64,000 nucleotides of DNA, taken from positions 128,001 through 192,000 of the forward strand of contig JAWSUI010000001.1 of assembly GCA_033551855.1 (NCBI GenBank). Reading direction: 5' to 3'. The DNA comes from Deferrisomatales bacterium. GTDB lineage: Bacteria; Desulfobacterota; Deferrisomatia; Deferrisomatales; JACRMM01. Position numbers and translations under genes: made by a program. Of this stretch, positions 32,207-42,275 are shown piece by piece. Position 1 is the stretch's first letter; every line of letters starts with the position of its first letter. Under the pieces are notes generated by a model. The model was given only the letters and a program-made list of their open reading frames with translations. It had not been told where the DNA came from and did no database searches.

Positions 32207-34077
32207 GGGAACTGCCCGTTCTTCCGGAGGTGCACGAGCAGCGAGGTCACCGCAGCGGGCCTCATGCCCGGCAGGCGTTGGGCCTGACCGAGGGTGAGGG
32301 GCCGGGCGGAGGCCAGCAGGTCGCGAACCTCCGGGGGCAGCCCGGCCACGGCTCCGTAGTCGAGATCCGGGGCCAAGGGGGTGGTCTCGAGGCGGGCGGT
32401 CGCCCGGAGGCGCTCTTCGTCCCTCCGAACGTACCCTTCGTACTTCACATCGATCTCCACCGTTTCCTCGTCGCGAGGCGTCGCCTCGGGCCACCCGGTG
32501 GCCAGGGGCTTGAGCTGGGCCAGGGAGATCTCGGGCCGGCGCAGGAGCTCCTCGAGGGACGCGGGTTGTTTGGGAAACCGGGTGCCGGCTTCTCGAAAGA
32601 GCTCGACGGCCTGCGGAGTAGGCGCGGCGCGGGTAGAGGCCAGGAAGGCGCGGAGCTCCCCAAGGACGCGTTGCCGCTTGCGAAAACGTGCGGCCCGGTC
32701 CGGCGTGACGCTCCCCAGCTCCACGGCCAGCGGAGTCAAGCGCAGGTCGGCGTTGTCCTCCCGAAGGACGAGGCGGTACTCTGCGCGACTCGTGAACATG
32801 CGGTACGGCTCGGTGATGCCCCGGGTCACGAGGTCGTCCACCAGCACCCCCAGGTACCCCTGATGTCGCCCCAAGACCACTCCCCCCCTGCCTGCGGCGC
32901 GCCGGGCCGCATTGACCCCGGCCAAGAGGCCCTGGGCGGCGGCCTCCTCGTACCCCGACGTGCCGTTGATCTGCCCGGCGAGGAAGAGCCCCTGGAGGCG
33001 CTTGGACTCCAACGTGGGATAGAGTTCGGTCGGGTCCGAGTAGTCGTACTCGACCGCGTAGCCGGGCCTCAGAAGCTCTGCCTCCTCGAGGCCGGGTATG
33101 GATCGCACGAAGTGCAGCTGGACATCGAGGGGCAGACTCGTGGAGATGCCGTTGGGATACACCTCCCGCGTGTCCTCCCCTTCCGGCTCGAGAAAGATCT
33201 GGTGGCGCTCCTTGTCGGGGAAGCGCACCACCTTGTCTTCGATGCTCGGGCAGTAGCGGGGCCCGATTCCCTGGATCACACCGGTGTAGAGCGGGGAGCG
33301 GTCCAGGGCCGAACGAATGATCGCGTGGGTCTCGGGTGTCGTGTAGGTGACGTGGCAGGGATGCTGTGGACGGCGAAACGCGACGGTATCCACCGAAAAG
33401 GGGGTCGGGTCCGGGTCGCCGGCTTGCGGCTCGAGGCCGCGCCAGCGGAGGCTGTTCCCGTTGAGCCGCGGTGGAGTGCCTGTCTTGAGCCGCCCCAGGG
33501 GAAACCCCCGCCTTCGGAGATCCTCCGCCAGGGCGCGGGAAGGGGGCTCGCCGGCCCGCCCCGCGGGAAACCGGCTGAGACCGATGTGCACGAGCCCGTT
33601 CAGGAACGTGCCGGGGCACAGCACCACGGCCGCCGCCCGGAGGAAAGTGCCGGCCCGAGTCTCCAGGCCGGCCAGGCGGGTCCCTTCGAGACGGAGGCCG
33701 ATCACTTCCCCCTGGTGCAGGGTCAGGCCCCGAAAGGACTCGAGAACGGCCTTCATGTGCCGCCCGTATCGATAGCGGTCGGCTTGCGCCCGCGTCGCCC
33801 AGACCGCCGGGCCCTTGCGGGTGTTCAGGCGGCGAAGCTGCAGGGCGGTGGCGTCGGTCGCCCTTCCCATCTCGCCCCCAAGGGCGTCGATCTCACGAAC
33901 CAGGTGCCCCTTCCCGAGACCCCCCACCGCCGGGTTGCAGGACATCTGGCCGACGGCATCCAACTGCAGGGTCAGGAGGATCGTACGCGCGCCCAGTCGG
34001 GCCGCCGCTAGGGCGGCCTCGATGCCCGCGTGCCCGCCGCCGACCACCGCGACGTCGTAGGAAACAGGCCACTCCAT
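32203..34077 (-). CDS. mnmG: tRNA modification enzyme MnmG/GidA
   Basis: [22 protein letters not shown] and [12 protein letters not shown]. Confidence 0.97.
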   Translation of the reverse strand: MEWPVSYDVAVVGGGHAGIEAALAAARLGARTILLTLQLDAVGQMSCNPAVGGLGKGHLVREIDALGGEMGRATDATALQLRRLNTRKGPAVWATRAQADRYRYGRHMKAVLESFRGLTLHQGEVIGLRLEGTRLAGLETRAGTFLRAAAVVLCPGTFLNGLVHIGLSRFPAGRAGEPPSRALAEDLRRRGFPLGRLKTGTPPRLNGNSLRWRGLEPQAGDPDPTPFSVDTVAFRRPQHPCHVTYTTPETHAIIRSALDRSPLYTGVIQGIGPRYCPSIEDKVVRFPDKERHQIFLEPEGEDTREVYPNGISTSLPLDVQLHFVRSIPGLEEAELLRPGYAVEYDYSDPTELYPTLESKRLQGLFLAGQINGTSGYEEAAAQGLLAGVNAARRAAGRGGVVLGRHQGYLGVLVDDLVTRGITEPYRMFTSRAEYRLVLREDNADLRLTPLAVELGSVTPDRAARFRKRQRVLGELRAFLASTRAAPTPQAVELFREAGTRFPKQPASLEELLRRPEISLAQLKPLATGWPEATPRDEETVEIDVKYEGYVRRDEERLRATARLETTPLAPDLDYGAVAGLPPEVRDLLASARPLTLGQAQRLPGMRPAAVTSLLVHLRKNGQFP

Positions 34078-34171
34078 GGGTCATCCCTTGGACAGCTGCG
34101 AAGGCCCCGAAGGGGGTGCCCGGCGTCGCGCCCAAGCCGAAATGCTGCCGGAGGCCCTCATCGGCTCGGGG

Positions 34172-34187
34172 TGTTTCACGTGAAACA
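34172..34187. promoter_or_regulatory. parS site
   Basis: Perfect TGTTTCACGTGAAACA. Confidence 0.92.
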
Positions 34188-34446
34188 CCCGGTATCCGTC
34201 GAAAGACGTCACGCCCCCCGACCACAACCGGGCACTGCCTACTGCTACAACGAGCGATCGGTTCTCCGCGTGCGTTCGGCGCGAAACCTTCCCTCCGGCG
34301 GTCAGGATCCCGGCGCGCAGTGCATCGCGAGACGGTTTCGAGCGGCCCTGCGGCCCTTCGGTGCGCCCAGTGCATCGTTCCAAGGCCGCCTTCGGGCTCT
34401 TCAGGAAGGCCCCGCGCCCGACTCTGACGCAACTCTCGCTGCAGCA

Positions 34447-35826
34447 CTACTTCCCGATGCAGAACTCGGAAAAGATGTCCTCCAGCACGTCCTCGGGCGT
34501 TCCCCACCCCAACAGCTCCGACAGGCACCGTCGCGCTTCGTGCATCTCGCTCGCCGCCACCTCGGGAAACCCTCCTCCTTCCAGGACCAGAAGAGCGCGC
34601 CGCAGGGCTGCCAGAGCTTGCTCCACGGCCCGTCGATGCCGCACACGGGTCAGCGGCGCGTCCCCTGCGCCGTCGCGCGGGCCGCTCCCGGCGGCTTCCC
34701 GAAGGTCCTGGAGCAGGGCGGGGATCCCCTCCCCGGTGAGGGCGGAGAGCACCAAGGGAGGCTCTCCGAGTACCGCAGCCAGCTGGGCGCAGGGCCGGGC
34801 CCCCAGGTCCGCCTTGTTCATCACCCCCCGAACCTGGTGTTGGTGCTGCAACCGCTCGGCCTCCTCGATCTCCTCGGGCCGCAGGTCGCGCGCCCCGTCG
34901 CAGACCAAGAGCACCAGATCCGCCCGGGCGGCGGCGGCACGCGCGCGGCGAACGCCTTCCTCTTCGAGGGGATCCCTGGCGGGGCGAAGCCCGGCGGTGT
35001 CCACCAGACGAATCGGGGTCCCCAACGCGTTGAGCCACGCCTCGATCGTGTCGCGCGTGGTCCCCGGAGTCGGGCTGACGATGGCGCGGTCTTCTTCGAG
35101 CAGGCGGTTGAGGAGGCTCGACTTGCCGGTGTTGGGGGCCCCGACGAGCGCCACCGTGTACCCGTCCCGAAGCGTACGCCCCCAGGAGTAGGTCGACAGC
35201 TTCCCCTCCATGGCTGCCACCACGGGGGTGAGGGCTTGGGCCGTATGCGTTTGGTCTAGATCTCCGAGATCGTCCTCGGGAAAGTCCAGGTGCGCCTCTA
35301 GTCGGGCAAGGCAGTGGCCGAGCGCCTGCTGCCACTGTTCCACGTCCCGGGACAGCGCGCCGCCGAGCAGTTCCTCGTGGACCTTCAGGGCAGCGTCCGT
35401 TCGCGCTCGGACGACGTCCAGAACCGCTTCGGCTTGAAGCAGGTCTACCCTGCCGCGCAGATACGCTCGCAAGGTGAACTCTCCGGGCTCCGCCAAGCGG
35501 GCGCCGGAGAAGAGAAGGGCGTCCAGGACGGCCGGGCCCGCGGGGCCGCCGTGGCACTGGATCTCCAGCACGTCTTCCCGGGTGTAGGAGGCCGGGCCGG
35601 GCATCCATAGGGAGAGGGCCTCGTCGAGAGGCCCGCCCCGGCGGGGATCCCACACCCGTGTCCACCGCACGGTCCAGGGTTCGAGTTGGAGGGCCTCCCC
35701 CCCGCGATCCCGGAGCACGGCCCTTCCCAGAGAGGCCGCCTCGGGGCCGCTGACTCGGACGACGCAGATTCCTCCCTCCCCCGGCGGGGTCGCGAGCGCA
35801 GCGATCGTGTCCTCCAACGAGCGCAC
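34447..35826 (-). CDS. mnmE: tRNA modification GTPase MnmE
   Basis: GAPNTGKSS, GTTRD, DTAG, NKAD and FCIGK. Confidence 0.97.
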   Translation of the reverse strand: MRSLEDTIAALATPPGEGGICVVRVSGPEAASLGRAVLRDRGGEALQLEPWTVRWTRVWDPRRGGPLDEALSLWMPGPASYTREDVLEIQCHGGPAGPAVLDALLFSGARLAEPGEFTLRAYLRGRVDLLQAEAVLDVVRARTDAALKVHEELLGGALSRDVEQWQQALGHCLARLEAHLDFPEDDLGDLDQTHTAQALTPVVAAMEGKLSTYSWGRTLRDGYTVALVGAPNTGKSSLLNRLLEEDRAIVSPTPGTTRDTIEAWLNALGTPIRLVDTAGLRPARDPLEEEGVRRARAAAARADLVLLVCDGARDLRPEEIEEAERLQHQHQVRGVMNKADLGARPCAQLAAVLGEPPLVLSALTGEGIPALLQDLREAAGSGPRDGAGDAPLTRVRHRRAVEQALAALRRALLVLEGGGFPEVAASEMHEARRCLSELLGWGTPEDVLEDIFSEFCIGK

Positions 35827-35862
35827 CGGATCCCCGAAAACGCTGCGGGACGCTGCCGCCCC

Positions 35863-37452
35863 CTACGCGGCAGCGGGCTCGGCCCTGCGCAGCATCCAGG
35901 CCTGCTGCGCGATGCTCAGCAGATTGTTCACGAGCCAGTAGATGACCAAGCCGGACGGGAAATTGAGGAACATGAAGGTAAACACCGCGGGCAGCCCGTA
36001 CATCATCATCTTCATCTGGGTTGGGTTGGTCCCGGTCATGGGAGTCAGCTTCTGCTGAAGCAACATGCTGGCTCCCATCACGATAGGCGTGATGTAGTAG
36101 GGGTCTTTGTCGGAAAGGTCTGTGATCCACAGAAAGAATGGAGCGTGACGCAGTTCTATGGATCCCAACAGGATTTTGTACAAAGCGAAGAAAAACGGGA
36201 TCTGGACCAACATCGGGAGGCAGCCCCCGAGCGGGTTGACCTTGTGGGTCTTGTAGAGCTGCATGACCTCCATGTTCATGCGCTCGCGGTCTTTTCCGTA
36301 TTTCTCCTTGAGGCGCTGCATTTTCGGCTGCAGATCCTTCATCCGCTGCATGGACTTAAAGCTTCGTGCGCTCAGGGGCCAGAAAACGGCCTTGATCACC
36401 GTAGTGAGAATGATGATCGCAATACCATAATTCCCGGTAACACCATAGATCGCGTTCAAGAAAACCATCAACGGCTTTGCAATCACATGGAAGAAGCCAT
36501 AGTGCGCCACGTGATCCAAGTTGGCCCCCAACGGGGCCAAGGCCGCCGGCAGCTTGGGGCCGAGGTAGATGCTGTAGGAAAACGTAGCCTCGGCACCCGG
36601 GTAGAGGTCGAACACGGGCCCCAGGAGCTCCACCTCGGCGACCTTGTCCTGCCCCAGGTGGGACCCGATCCGCAAGGAAGTACCCTCGGGCGACGACGGC
36701 ACCGCTGCCACCAAGAAGTACTTCTCCAGCAGGGCGGCCCAGGAGATGTTTGCCGGGGCCTGCACGCCGTCGCGGATCCGCTTGATCTTCACCTCCTCGA
36801 AGTCGCCCCCGCGATAGTAGGCGGGGCCCGTGAAGGAGTAGCTGTCCTCGAGGGGGGCAAAGTCCTGGACGAGCAACAAGCCGAGGCGGTCGCGAAGCGC
36901 CGCGCCCGCGCCGTTCCTCAGCCGGACGTCCACGTCCACGTCGTAGCGGCCGGGTGCGAGGGAGTATGTCTTCTCGATCCGGATCCCGGCGGGGGAGGTC
37001 CAAGAGTAGGTCACCCGGTCCGGGCGGTGTTCGACCTCCTCGTACACCTGGTTCCACTCCGGAATCGCCTCCAGCAGTCGCACTGCCCCGGCGAGGTCCG
37101 TCCCCGCCGGGGCGGCCAGAAGGCGCACGTCCGGGCTTTCCGGGGCAGGGGTCTCGCGGTATTCCTTGAGGCGAGCCTCTACGATGGCGGCGGATCGGCT
37201 CGAGAGACGAAGGGTCACCCGATCGTTCTCCAGCACGGCGTGGCGAACCGGCACCGCCGGTGTCGCCGGTACCTCCCCGGCGGGCGCTCCGGTCACCCAG
37301 GGGGCGGGGGGGGCAACCCCGGGCTCAACCGGAGAGGCAGCGGGCGGGGGAGCTCCGGGCCCCTGCGGAGGAGGGGGGGCAAGATACATCTGGAACAGCA
37401 AGAGAACGGCCATGGACAAGGCCACGGCCAGGATGGTTCGCTTCAGGTCCAT
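35863..37452 (-). CDS. yidC: Membrane protein insertase YidC
   Basis: [23 protein letters not shown] and GLVIYW. Confidence 0.96.
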   Translation of the reverse strand: MDLKRTILAVALSMAVLLLFQMYLAPPPPQGPGAPPPAASPVEPGVAPPAPWVTGAPAGEVPATPAVPVRHAVLENDRVTLRLSSRSAAIVEARLKEYRETPAPESPDVRLLAAPAGTDLAGAVRLLEAIPEWNQVYEEVEHRPDRVTYSWTSPAGIRIEKTYSLAPGRYDVDVDVRLRNGAGAALRDRLGLLLVQDFAPLEDSYSFTGPAYYRGGDFEEVKIKRIRDGVQAPANISWAALLEKYFLVAAVPSSPEGTSLRIGSHLGQDKVAEVELLGPVFDLYPGAEATFSYSIYLGPKLPAALAPLGANLDHVAHYGFFHVIAKPLMVFLNAIYGVTGNYGIAIIILTTVIKAVFWPLSARSFKSMQRMKDLQPKMQRLKEKYGKDRERMNMEVMQLYKTHKVNPLGGCLPMLVQIPFFFALYKILLGSIELRHAPFFLWITDLSDKDPYYITPIVMGASMLLQQKLTPMTGTNPTQMKMMMYGLPAVFTFMFLNFPSGLVIYWLVNNLLSIAQQAWMLRRAEPAAA

Positions 37453-37714
37453 CGTTGCATCTCCATCCGGAGGAAGGGGTGCCTCCTGCCGCAGGGCCTC
37501 CTGCGGGAACAGGGTCGTATCCGCCAGGGTGCAGCGGGTGGCACCGAAGAAGGCGCCAGGCGGTCAGCCCGGTACCCTTCCAGAACCCGTGGGTCTGAAA
37601 CGCAGTCACCGCGTAGGCGCTGCACGTGGGGTAAAACCGGCACGCAGGGGGCAAGAACGGCGAGATCAGGAGGCGGTATGCGGTTACGGTGAGGGCCGCG
37701 ACACGGGCAGCCAA
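37325..37714 (-). CDS. yidD: Membrane protein insertion efficiency factor YidD
   Basis: [31 protein letters not shown]; putative TTG start; first stop lies inside yidC. Confidence 0.85.
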   Translation of the reverse strand: MAARVAALTVTAYRLLISPFLPPACRFYPTCSAYAVTAFQTHGFWKGTGLTAWRLLRCHPLHPGGYDPVPAGGPAAGGTPSSGWRCNDGPEANHPGRGLVHGRSLAVPDVSCPPSSAGARSSPARCLSG

Positions 37715-38238
37715 TCCCGGAGAGCCCCGTCCAACTCCGCCATCACGTCCCACAGGCCCAGCCCGGCCGCCCCTGTCTTTGCCACCACCACCAAGTCCAC
37801 GGTTGGCGCAAACGCGAGCCGTCGGAGGCGGAAATACTCTCGGAGAAGCCGCTTCGTGCGATTTCGGGCGTGGGCCTTCCCCACCTTCCGAGACACGACG
37901 AGCCCCAGCCTGCTCCCTCCCGAGGAGCCGGGGGCGATCACCGCCCGAAAGTGATCCGTGTGGCGGCTCTTTCCGAGACGGAAGGCGCGATCGAACTCGG
38001 CCTTGGTTCGAATCCGGCATGTGTGAGGAAAGGTGAAGTGCGGCGCCGATGGAACGGCTACTTCTTCGGGATCGCCACGGTGAGCCGCAGGCGCCCCTTC
38101 AGGCGACGGCGCGCCAGAACCCTTCTCCCGTTGGCCGTGGCCATGCGGGACCGGAAGCCGTGGGTCCGCTTGCGGCGAATTCGGCTGGGCTGGTACGTGT
38201 GTTGCTGCATATCGCGTCCTCCTCGGGGAGTGCGGCAT
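37684..38238 (-). CDS. rnpA: Ribonuclease P protein component, N-terminally extended over rpmH
   Basis: [33 protein letters not shown] and DLVVVA; the only in-frame start upstream of the domain is ATG 38238. Confidence 0.88.
   Translation of the reverse strand: MPHSPRRTRYAATHVPAQPNSPQADPRLPVPHGHGQREKGSGAPSPEGAPAAHRGDPEEVAVPSAPHFTFPHTCRIRTKAEFDRAFRLGKSRHTDHFRAVIAPGSSGGSRLGLVVSRKVGKAHARNRTKRLLREYFRLRRLAFAPTVDLVVVAKTGAAGLGLWDVMAELDGALRDWLPVSRPSP
38058..38210 (-). CDS. rpmH: 50S ribosomal protein L34
   Basis: Manual translation [53 protein letters not shown] gaggagg. Confidence 0.96.
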   Translation of the reverse strand: MQQHTYQPSRIRRKRTHGFRSRMATANGRRVLARRRLKGRLRLTVAIPKK

Positions 38239-38272
38239 GGAGAACGAGCTCCAGTTCTTGGGGAAACAGGAA

Positions 38273-38301
38273 GACTAGGGGAGCTCGAGAGCGGCTGTCA
38301 A
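38273..38301 (-). promoter_or_regulatory. Sigma70 promoter of the rpmH-rnpA operon
   Basis: TTGACA-N17-TAGTCT on the minus strand. Confidence 0.65.
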
Positions 38302-38314
38302 GGCATTTCGGGTT

Positions 38315-38740
38315 CCCTGGACCCACCGGCTGGTCGGCGAGCGGAGTCCGGGAGCCCCTGCGCTTCGCCCCGCAATCCGCGGCAATTCGAAGAAGTGTCG
38401 CGGCAGTTCCGGGTGCGCCGGCCTGCACCCGCTTACGCCCGCCTCGTCGAGTCGGTGGATGCGGTGCGGGGCTGCACTCCTGGGCTCCCGGACTCCGCAC
38501 CGCAATGTGGTGGTGGATTCTGGGGCTCCCTGGACCCACCGGCTGATCGGCGAGCGGAGTCCGGGAGCCCCTGCGCTTCGCCCCACAATCCGCGGTAGTT
38601 CGAAGAGGTGCGCCCGCAGTCCCGGGTGCATCGGGCTTCCCCCCCGCGCCGGCCTCGGTCGACTCGGCGGATGCGGTGCGGGGCTGCGCTCCTGATCTCC
38701 CGGACTCCGCCCCACAATGTGGTGGTGGATCCCGGGCTCC
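38315..38740. repeat. Two tandem ~213-bp palindromic units (MITE/REP-like)
   Basis: Units start ccctggacccaccggctg at 38315 and 38528; internal inverted repeat GCGGAGTCCGGGAGCCC / GGGCTCCCGGACTCCGC. Confidence 0.85.
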
Positions 38741-38862
38741 CCGGGAACCCCCGTCTCGGAGGAGGGCGGGGTCGAGGAGTCGCAGCGATCAGCCGGGCAG
38801 CCGCGCTCCGTGCCACAGAATCGCCTGGAACCCTCCGGTTGCCGCCCGGTACCATGCCCCCC

Positions 38863-40032
38863 ATGACCCTAGCTCTCTACGTCCACGTGCCCTTCTGCGA
38901 GAGCCGCTGCGCCTATTGCGGGTTTTACAGCGGCGAGTCGCTGCAGTGGTGTAGCCAGTACCCGGAGTGGGTTGCTGCCGAGGCGCGCCTCCGGCGGGCA
39001 GAGAGACCGGGCAAGGGACGCCTGACCTCCGTCTATCTTGGCGGCGGTACCCCGTCGCTCCTCGGAGAGGCAGGGATCGGCCGCGTGCTCGAGGCGGCCC
39101 GGAACGAATGGGGGGTGGCGCAGGACGCAGAGGTCACGGTCGAGGTGAACCCGGGCGTGCCGACGGATCTCGTCGCCCTGCGCCGACTGGGCGTGAACCG
39201 GCTCTCAGTGGGGGTTCAAGCCCTGGACGACGGTGTCCTCGCGTCCCTGGGGCGACGCCACACGGCGGCCTGTGCCACCGGTGCCGTCCAGGACGCAAGG
39301 CGGGCCGGCTTTCCCCGGGTGAGCGCCGATCTCCTGTACGGAGTCCCGGGATTGCGGCCTGGAGCCCTGAGGGACTGGGTCTACGGGCTCTCGGCCCAGG
39401 GGGCGGATCACGTGTCGGCCTACAGCCTGGAGCTCCACCCGGGCACCCCCCTGGCGGAAGCCGTGGCCTTGGGTCTGGCGGAGGCCTGCGGTTCCGACGA
39501 GGAGGAATCACAGTGGTGGGAGCTCACGGAAGCCCTGGCTCAAGAGGGCTACGAGGCCTACGAGGTGTCCAACTTCGCGTGGCCGGGGGCCCGCTGCCGG
39601 CACAACGTCGCGTACTGGGAGGGGGGCCCCTACCTGGGTCTGGGGCCCGGGGCGCACGGCTACGAACCGGCGGAAGGGATGTGGGGGACACGGTGGTGGA
39701 ACGCGCCGTCCCTGCACCGCTATCGGGAGAGCCTCCTCGCCGGGATTCTGCCTCCGGGAGGCCGGGAGATTCTGACCCGGGACGAGGCCCTGCTCGAGAC
39801 CCTGTTCCTCGCATTTCGGAGAACCCAACCGCTCGGCCTCGGGTCGGTGCCTCGCCGATTCCGGCTCGATCCGGTGCGCTGGGCCGAGACGCTGGCGAGG
39901 CTCGAGCGGCACGGATTCCTGCGCCCCGCGGGCGCGGGCTGTTGGACGCCGACCTTGGAGGCGGCGCGGCGAGCCGACGGACTCGCCTTGTGGATCCGCG
40001 AGCTCATGGTCTCGGCTGCCGGGGCCCCGTAG
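38863..40032 (+). CDS. hemW: Radical SAM heme chaperone HemW (HemN-like)
   Basis: LYVHVPFCESRCAYC, GGGTPS, YEVSNF, HNVAYW and GLGPGAH; located upstream of hrcA. Confidence 0.9.
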   Translation: MTLALYVHVPFCESRCAYCGFYSGESLQWCSQYPEWVAAEARLRRAERPGKGRLTSVYLGGGTPSLLGEAGIGRVLEAARNEWGVAQDAEVTVEVNPGVPTDLVALRRLGVNRLSVGVQALDDGVLASLGRRHTAACATGAVQDARRAGFPRVSADLLYGVPGLRPGALRDWVYGLSAQGADHVSAYSLELHPGTPLAEAVALGLAEACGSDEEESQWWELTEALAQEGYEAYEVSNFAWPGARCRHNVAYWEGGPYLGLGPGAHGYEPAEGMWGTRWWNAPSLHRYRESLLAGILPPGGREILTRDEALLETLFLAFRRTQPLGLGSVPRRFRLDPVRWAETLARLERHGFLRPAGAGCWTPTLEAARRADGLALWIRELMVSAAGAP

Positions 40033-40075
40033 CCCCGGGGAGCCGGTGTGTGTCCCGGGCGGAGGGTCCTGGTGC

Positions 40076-40104
40076 TTGACTCCCTGCGGGGGCATGGTTA
40101 CCGT
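40076..40104 (+). promoter_or_regulatory. Sigma70 promoter of the hrcA operon
   Basis: TTGACT-N17-TACCGT immediately before the left CIRCE arm. Confidence 0.6.
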
Positions 40105-40110
40105 ACGGCG

Positions 40111-40373
40111 CTGGCACTCTTGGTGGTCCATTCCGCAAATGCGCCGGCATTTGAACGCCGCTACACCCGCGTCTGCCGCATTGTTGGTCTCTAGGCCTTC
40201 CGAGGGCCTCGCCGAGGGGCCGCCTGGGGCCGTGCGGGTCCGCTCTCCTGCGGAATCGCCGGGCAACTTCGACCCGGTATTCTCCCTCCTCGCGCTGTGC
40301 GGCCGCGGTGGATGGACACTCTCGGTGCTGTCACCGCGCCTGCGAGCCGGACCACTTGGGGTGCGAGTGCTAA
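40111..40373 (+). promoter_or_regulatory. CIRCE operator interrupted by an insertion
   Basis: Left arm CTGGCACTC at 40111-40119, right arm GAGTGCTAA at 40365-40373; removing the insert restores the N9 spacer. Confidence 0.8.
40124..40354. mobile_element. 231-bp non-autonomous insertion (MITE-like)
   Basis: Ends TGGTCC...GGACCA with further imperfect pairing; flanked by CTTGG direct repeats at 40119-40123 and 40355-40359. Confidence 0.75.
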
Positions 40374-40383
40374 AGGGGTGGCC

Positions 40384-41424
40384 GTGGAAACGAGCTTGCG
40401 CGAGAGAGACCGGCAGATCTTGAGTGCCGTTGTGGAGGAATTCGTCCAGACGGCAGAGCCGGTGGGGTCGCGCTACCTCGCCAGGAAGCACCGCCTGGGG
40501 GTCTCGCCGGCTACCGTCCGGAACGCGATGGCTGACCTGGAGGACCTGGGCTACCTGGCCCAGCCCCACACCTCTGCCGGCCGCAAGCCCACCGATAAAG
40601 GGTATCGTTACTACGTCGATTGCCTGATGAGCGCCGAGACTCCCCCTCCGGGGGAGCGACGCCGGCTGCGGCGGAGCCTGGGGGCCGCGGGTTCCGCGGA
40701 CATCCAGGAGATCCTCGGCTCGGCCTCCCGCGTCTTGTCTTCCGCGGCGCGGCAGGTGGGGATCGTGGCCGCGCCGCGCTTCGAGGCCGGGGTCTTCTGG
40801 CACATCGATTTCGTGCTCCTGCGGGAAGGCCGCGTCCTGGTGATCCTCGTGTCCCAGTCCGGGGTGGTCCACCACCGACCCGTGGCAGCACCCGAGATCG
40901 GCTCCCAGGCCGAGCTCGACCGCATGGCCAACTATTTGAACAGCTTCCTGCAGGACCTGACGTTGAGGGAGGTCAAGGAGCGGATCGTTGCCGAGATGGC
41001 CAGCGAAGTCGCGCTGTACGACTCGATGCTTCGCCGGGCCTTGGAGTTGGGCAGCCTTGCGGTGGGGGGAGAGTCGACCGAGGGAGAGGTGTACTTCGGC
41101 GATCCGGCGGCCCTGTTCGACCAGCCCGAGTTCAGCAGCGCGTCGAGGATGCGCGGGATCTTCGAGGCTTTCGAGAAGAAGGGACTCCTCATCCGCTTGC
41201 TGGACCGAGCGGCGGAGGCGCCAGGGCTGCACCTCCTCATCGGCGAGGAGAACCCCTTGGCGGATCTGCGGGACTGCACGCTGGTGGCCGCCCCGTACCG
41301 CCGCAGCGGGCGGGTGCTCGGGTCCGTCGGCGTCATCGGCCCGACGAGGATGGACTACCCCCGGGTCGTGGGGCTCGTCGAGTACACTGCCCGACTCGTC
41401 GGCGAGGCCCTGGACGAGCTCTAG
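40384..41424 (+). CDS. hrcA: Heat-inducible transcription repressor
   Basis: EPVGS, SPATVRN, QPHTSAGRKPTDKGYRYYVD and GPTRMDY. Confidence 0.96.
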   Translation: METSLRERDRQILSAVVEEFVQTAEPVGSRYLARKHRLGVSPATVRNAMADLEDLGYLAQPHTSAGRKPTDKGYRYYVDCLMSAETPPPGERRRLRRSLGAAGSADIQEILGSASRVLSSAARQVGIVAAPRFEAGVFWHIDFVLLREGRVLVILVSQSGVVHHRPVAAPEIGSQAELDRMANYLNSFLQDLTLREVKERIVAEMASEVALYDSMLRRALELGSLAVGGESTEGEVYFGDPAALFDQPEFSSASRMRGIFEAFEKKGLLIRLLDRAAEAPGLHLLIGEENPLADLRDCTLVAAPYRRSGRVLGSVGVIGPTRMDYPRVVGLVEYTARLVGEALDEL

Positions 41425-41621
41425 CCGGGTGCCGCACCCCCCTGCCGGGGTGTTGCGGACGAGGTGTCTTGGGGGGCGGCCCCTTGGAGGTTTCGCGAAG
41501 CCCCTCGCGTTCGAGGCCCCTATCCGGTCCCGGGGGAGGCAGTTGGTGGGTGGGGGCGACCGACGGCCATGGAGTCCTGGTCGTCGAGGGTGTCTGATCA
41601 GGCGGAAAGGGAGATAGCCGG

Positions 41622-42200
41622 ATGGCGGATGAAGAAAAGGCTGGCGGAAGCCCGTTGGAGGAGCCGGGCGAGGGCGTCCCCGATGCCGGCGGGGCTCCCG
41701 CCTCCCGGGCCGAGGTCCTGTCGGTGGAGGAGATCCTGGCAGAGAAGGATGCGCAGCTTGGCCAGCTCCGAGCCGAGCTGCTCTATCAGCGGGCCGAGCT
41801 GGAGAACTTCAAGCGGCGCACCGAGAAGCGGTACGGAGAAGCGCTGGCGTACGCTTCCGAGGGGCTGCTCAAGGACCTGCTTCCGGTGCTGGACAACCTG
41901 GAGCGGGCGCTCTCCCACGCCCGGGAGGGCGGGTCCGAAGGCATCGACTCCCTCATCGAGGGTCTGGACCACGTGCTCCAGCAATTCCTGGACGCCCTCG
42001 GGCGCCACGACGTGGCGCCCGTACCGTCCGACGGGGCCCGGTTCGACCCCGCTGTTCACGATGCCTTGGCGCAGGTGCCTGGAGCGGAGGACGGCTGGGT
42101 GGGTGATACCTACGAGAAGGGGTACACGTGGAAGGGACGGCTGCTGCGCCCGGCAAAAGTTACGGTCACCAAGGTTGCGGCGCCTTCGGGCGATGGTTAG
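41622..42200 (+). CDS. grpE: Nucleotide exchange factor GrpE
   Basis: AELENFKRR, LLPVLDNLERA, FDP..H and LLRPAKV. Confidence 0.96.
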   Translation: MADEEKAGGSPLEEPGEGVPDAGGAPASRAEVLSVEEILAEKDAQLGQLRAELLYQRAELENFKRRTEKRYGEALAYASEGLLKDLLPVLDNLERALSHAREGGSEGIDSLIEGLDHVLQQFLDALGRHDVAPVPSDGARFDPAVHDALAQVPGAEDGWVGDTYEKGYTWKGRLLRPAKVTVTKVAAPSGDG

Positions 42201-42275
42201 AGTTCGGCAGGATGGAACCACGGGGGTGCCTAGGCGCCCCCGCTATCACGTGACGTGCGATGAGGAGGCACCCAT

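Noticed and set aside
34190..34445. Long mnmE-mnmG spacer as a hidden gene or element
   Set aside because: No credible ORF, terminal repeats or target duplication that I could support; only the parS site is clear
35950..36550. Lower-GC patch in yidC as foreign DNA
   Set aside because: It coincides with the conserved hydrophobic core, the frame is intact and there are no boundary signals
38315..38740. CRISPR array or protein-coding repeat
   Set aside because: Only two 213-bp units, no unique spacers, no cas genes, and the ORFs across it are low-complexity
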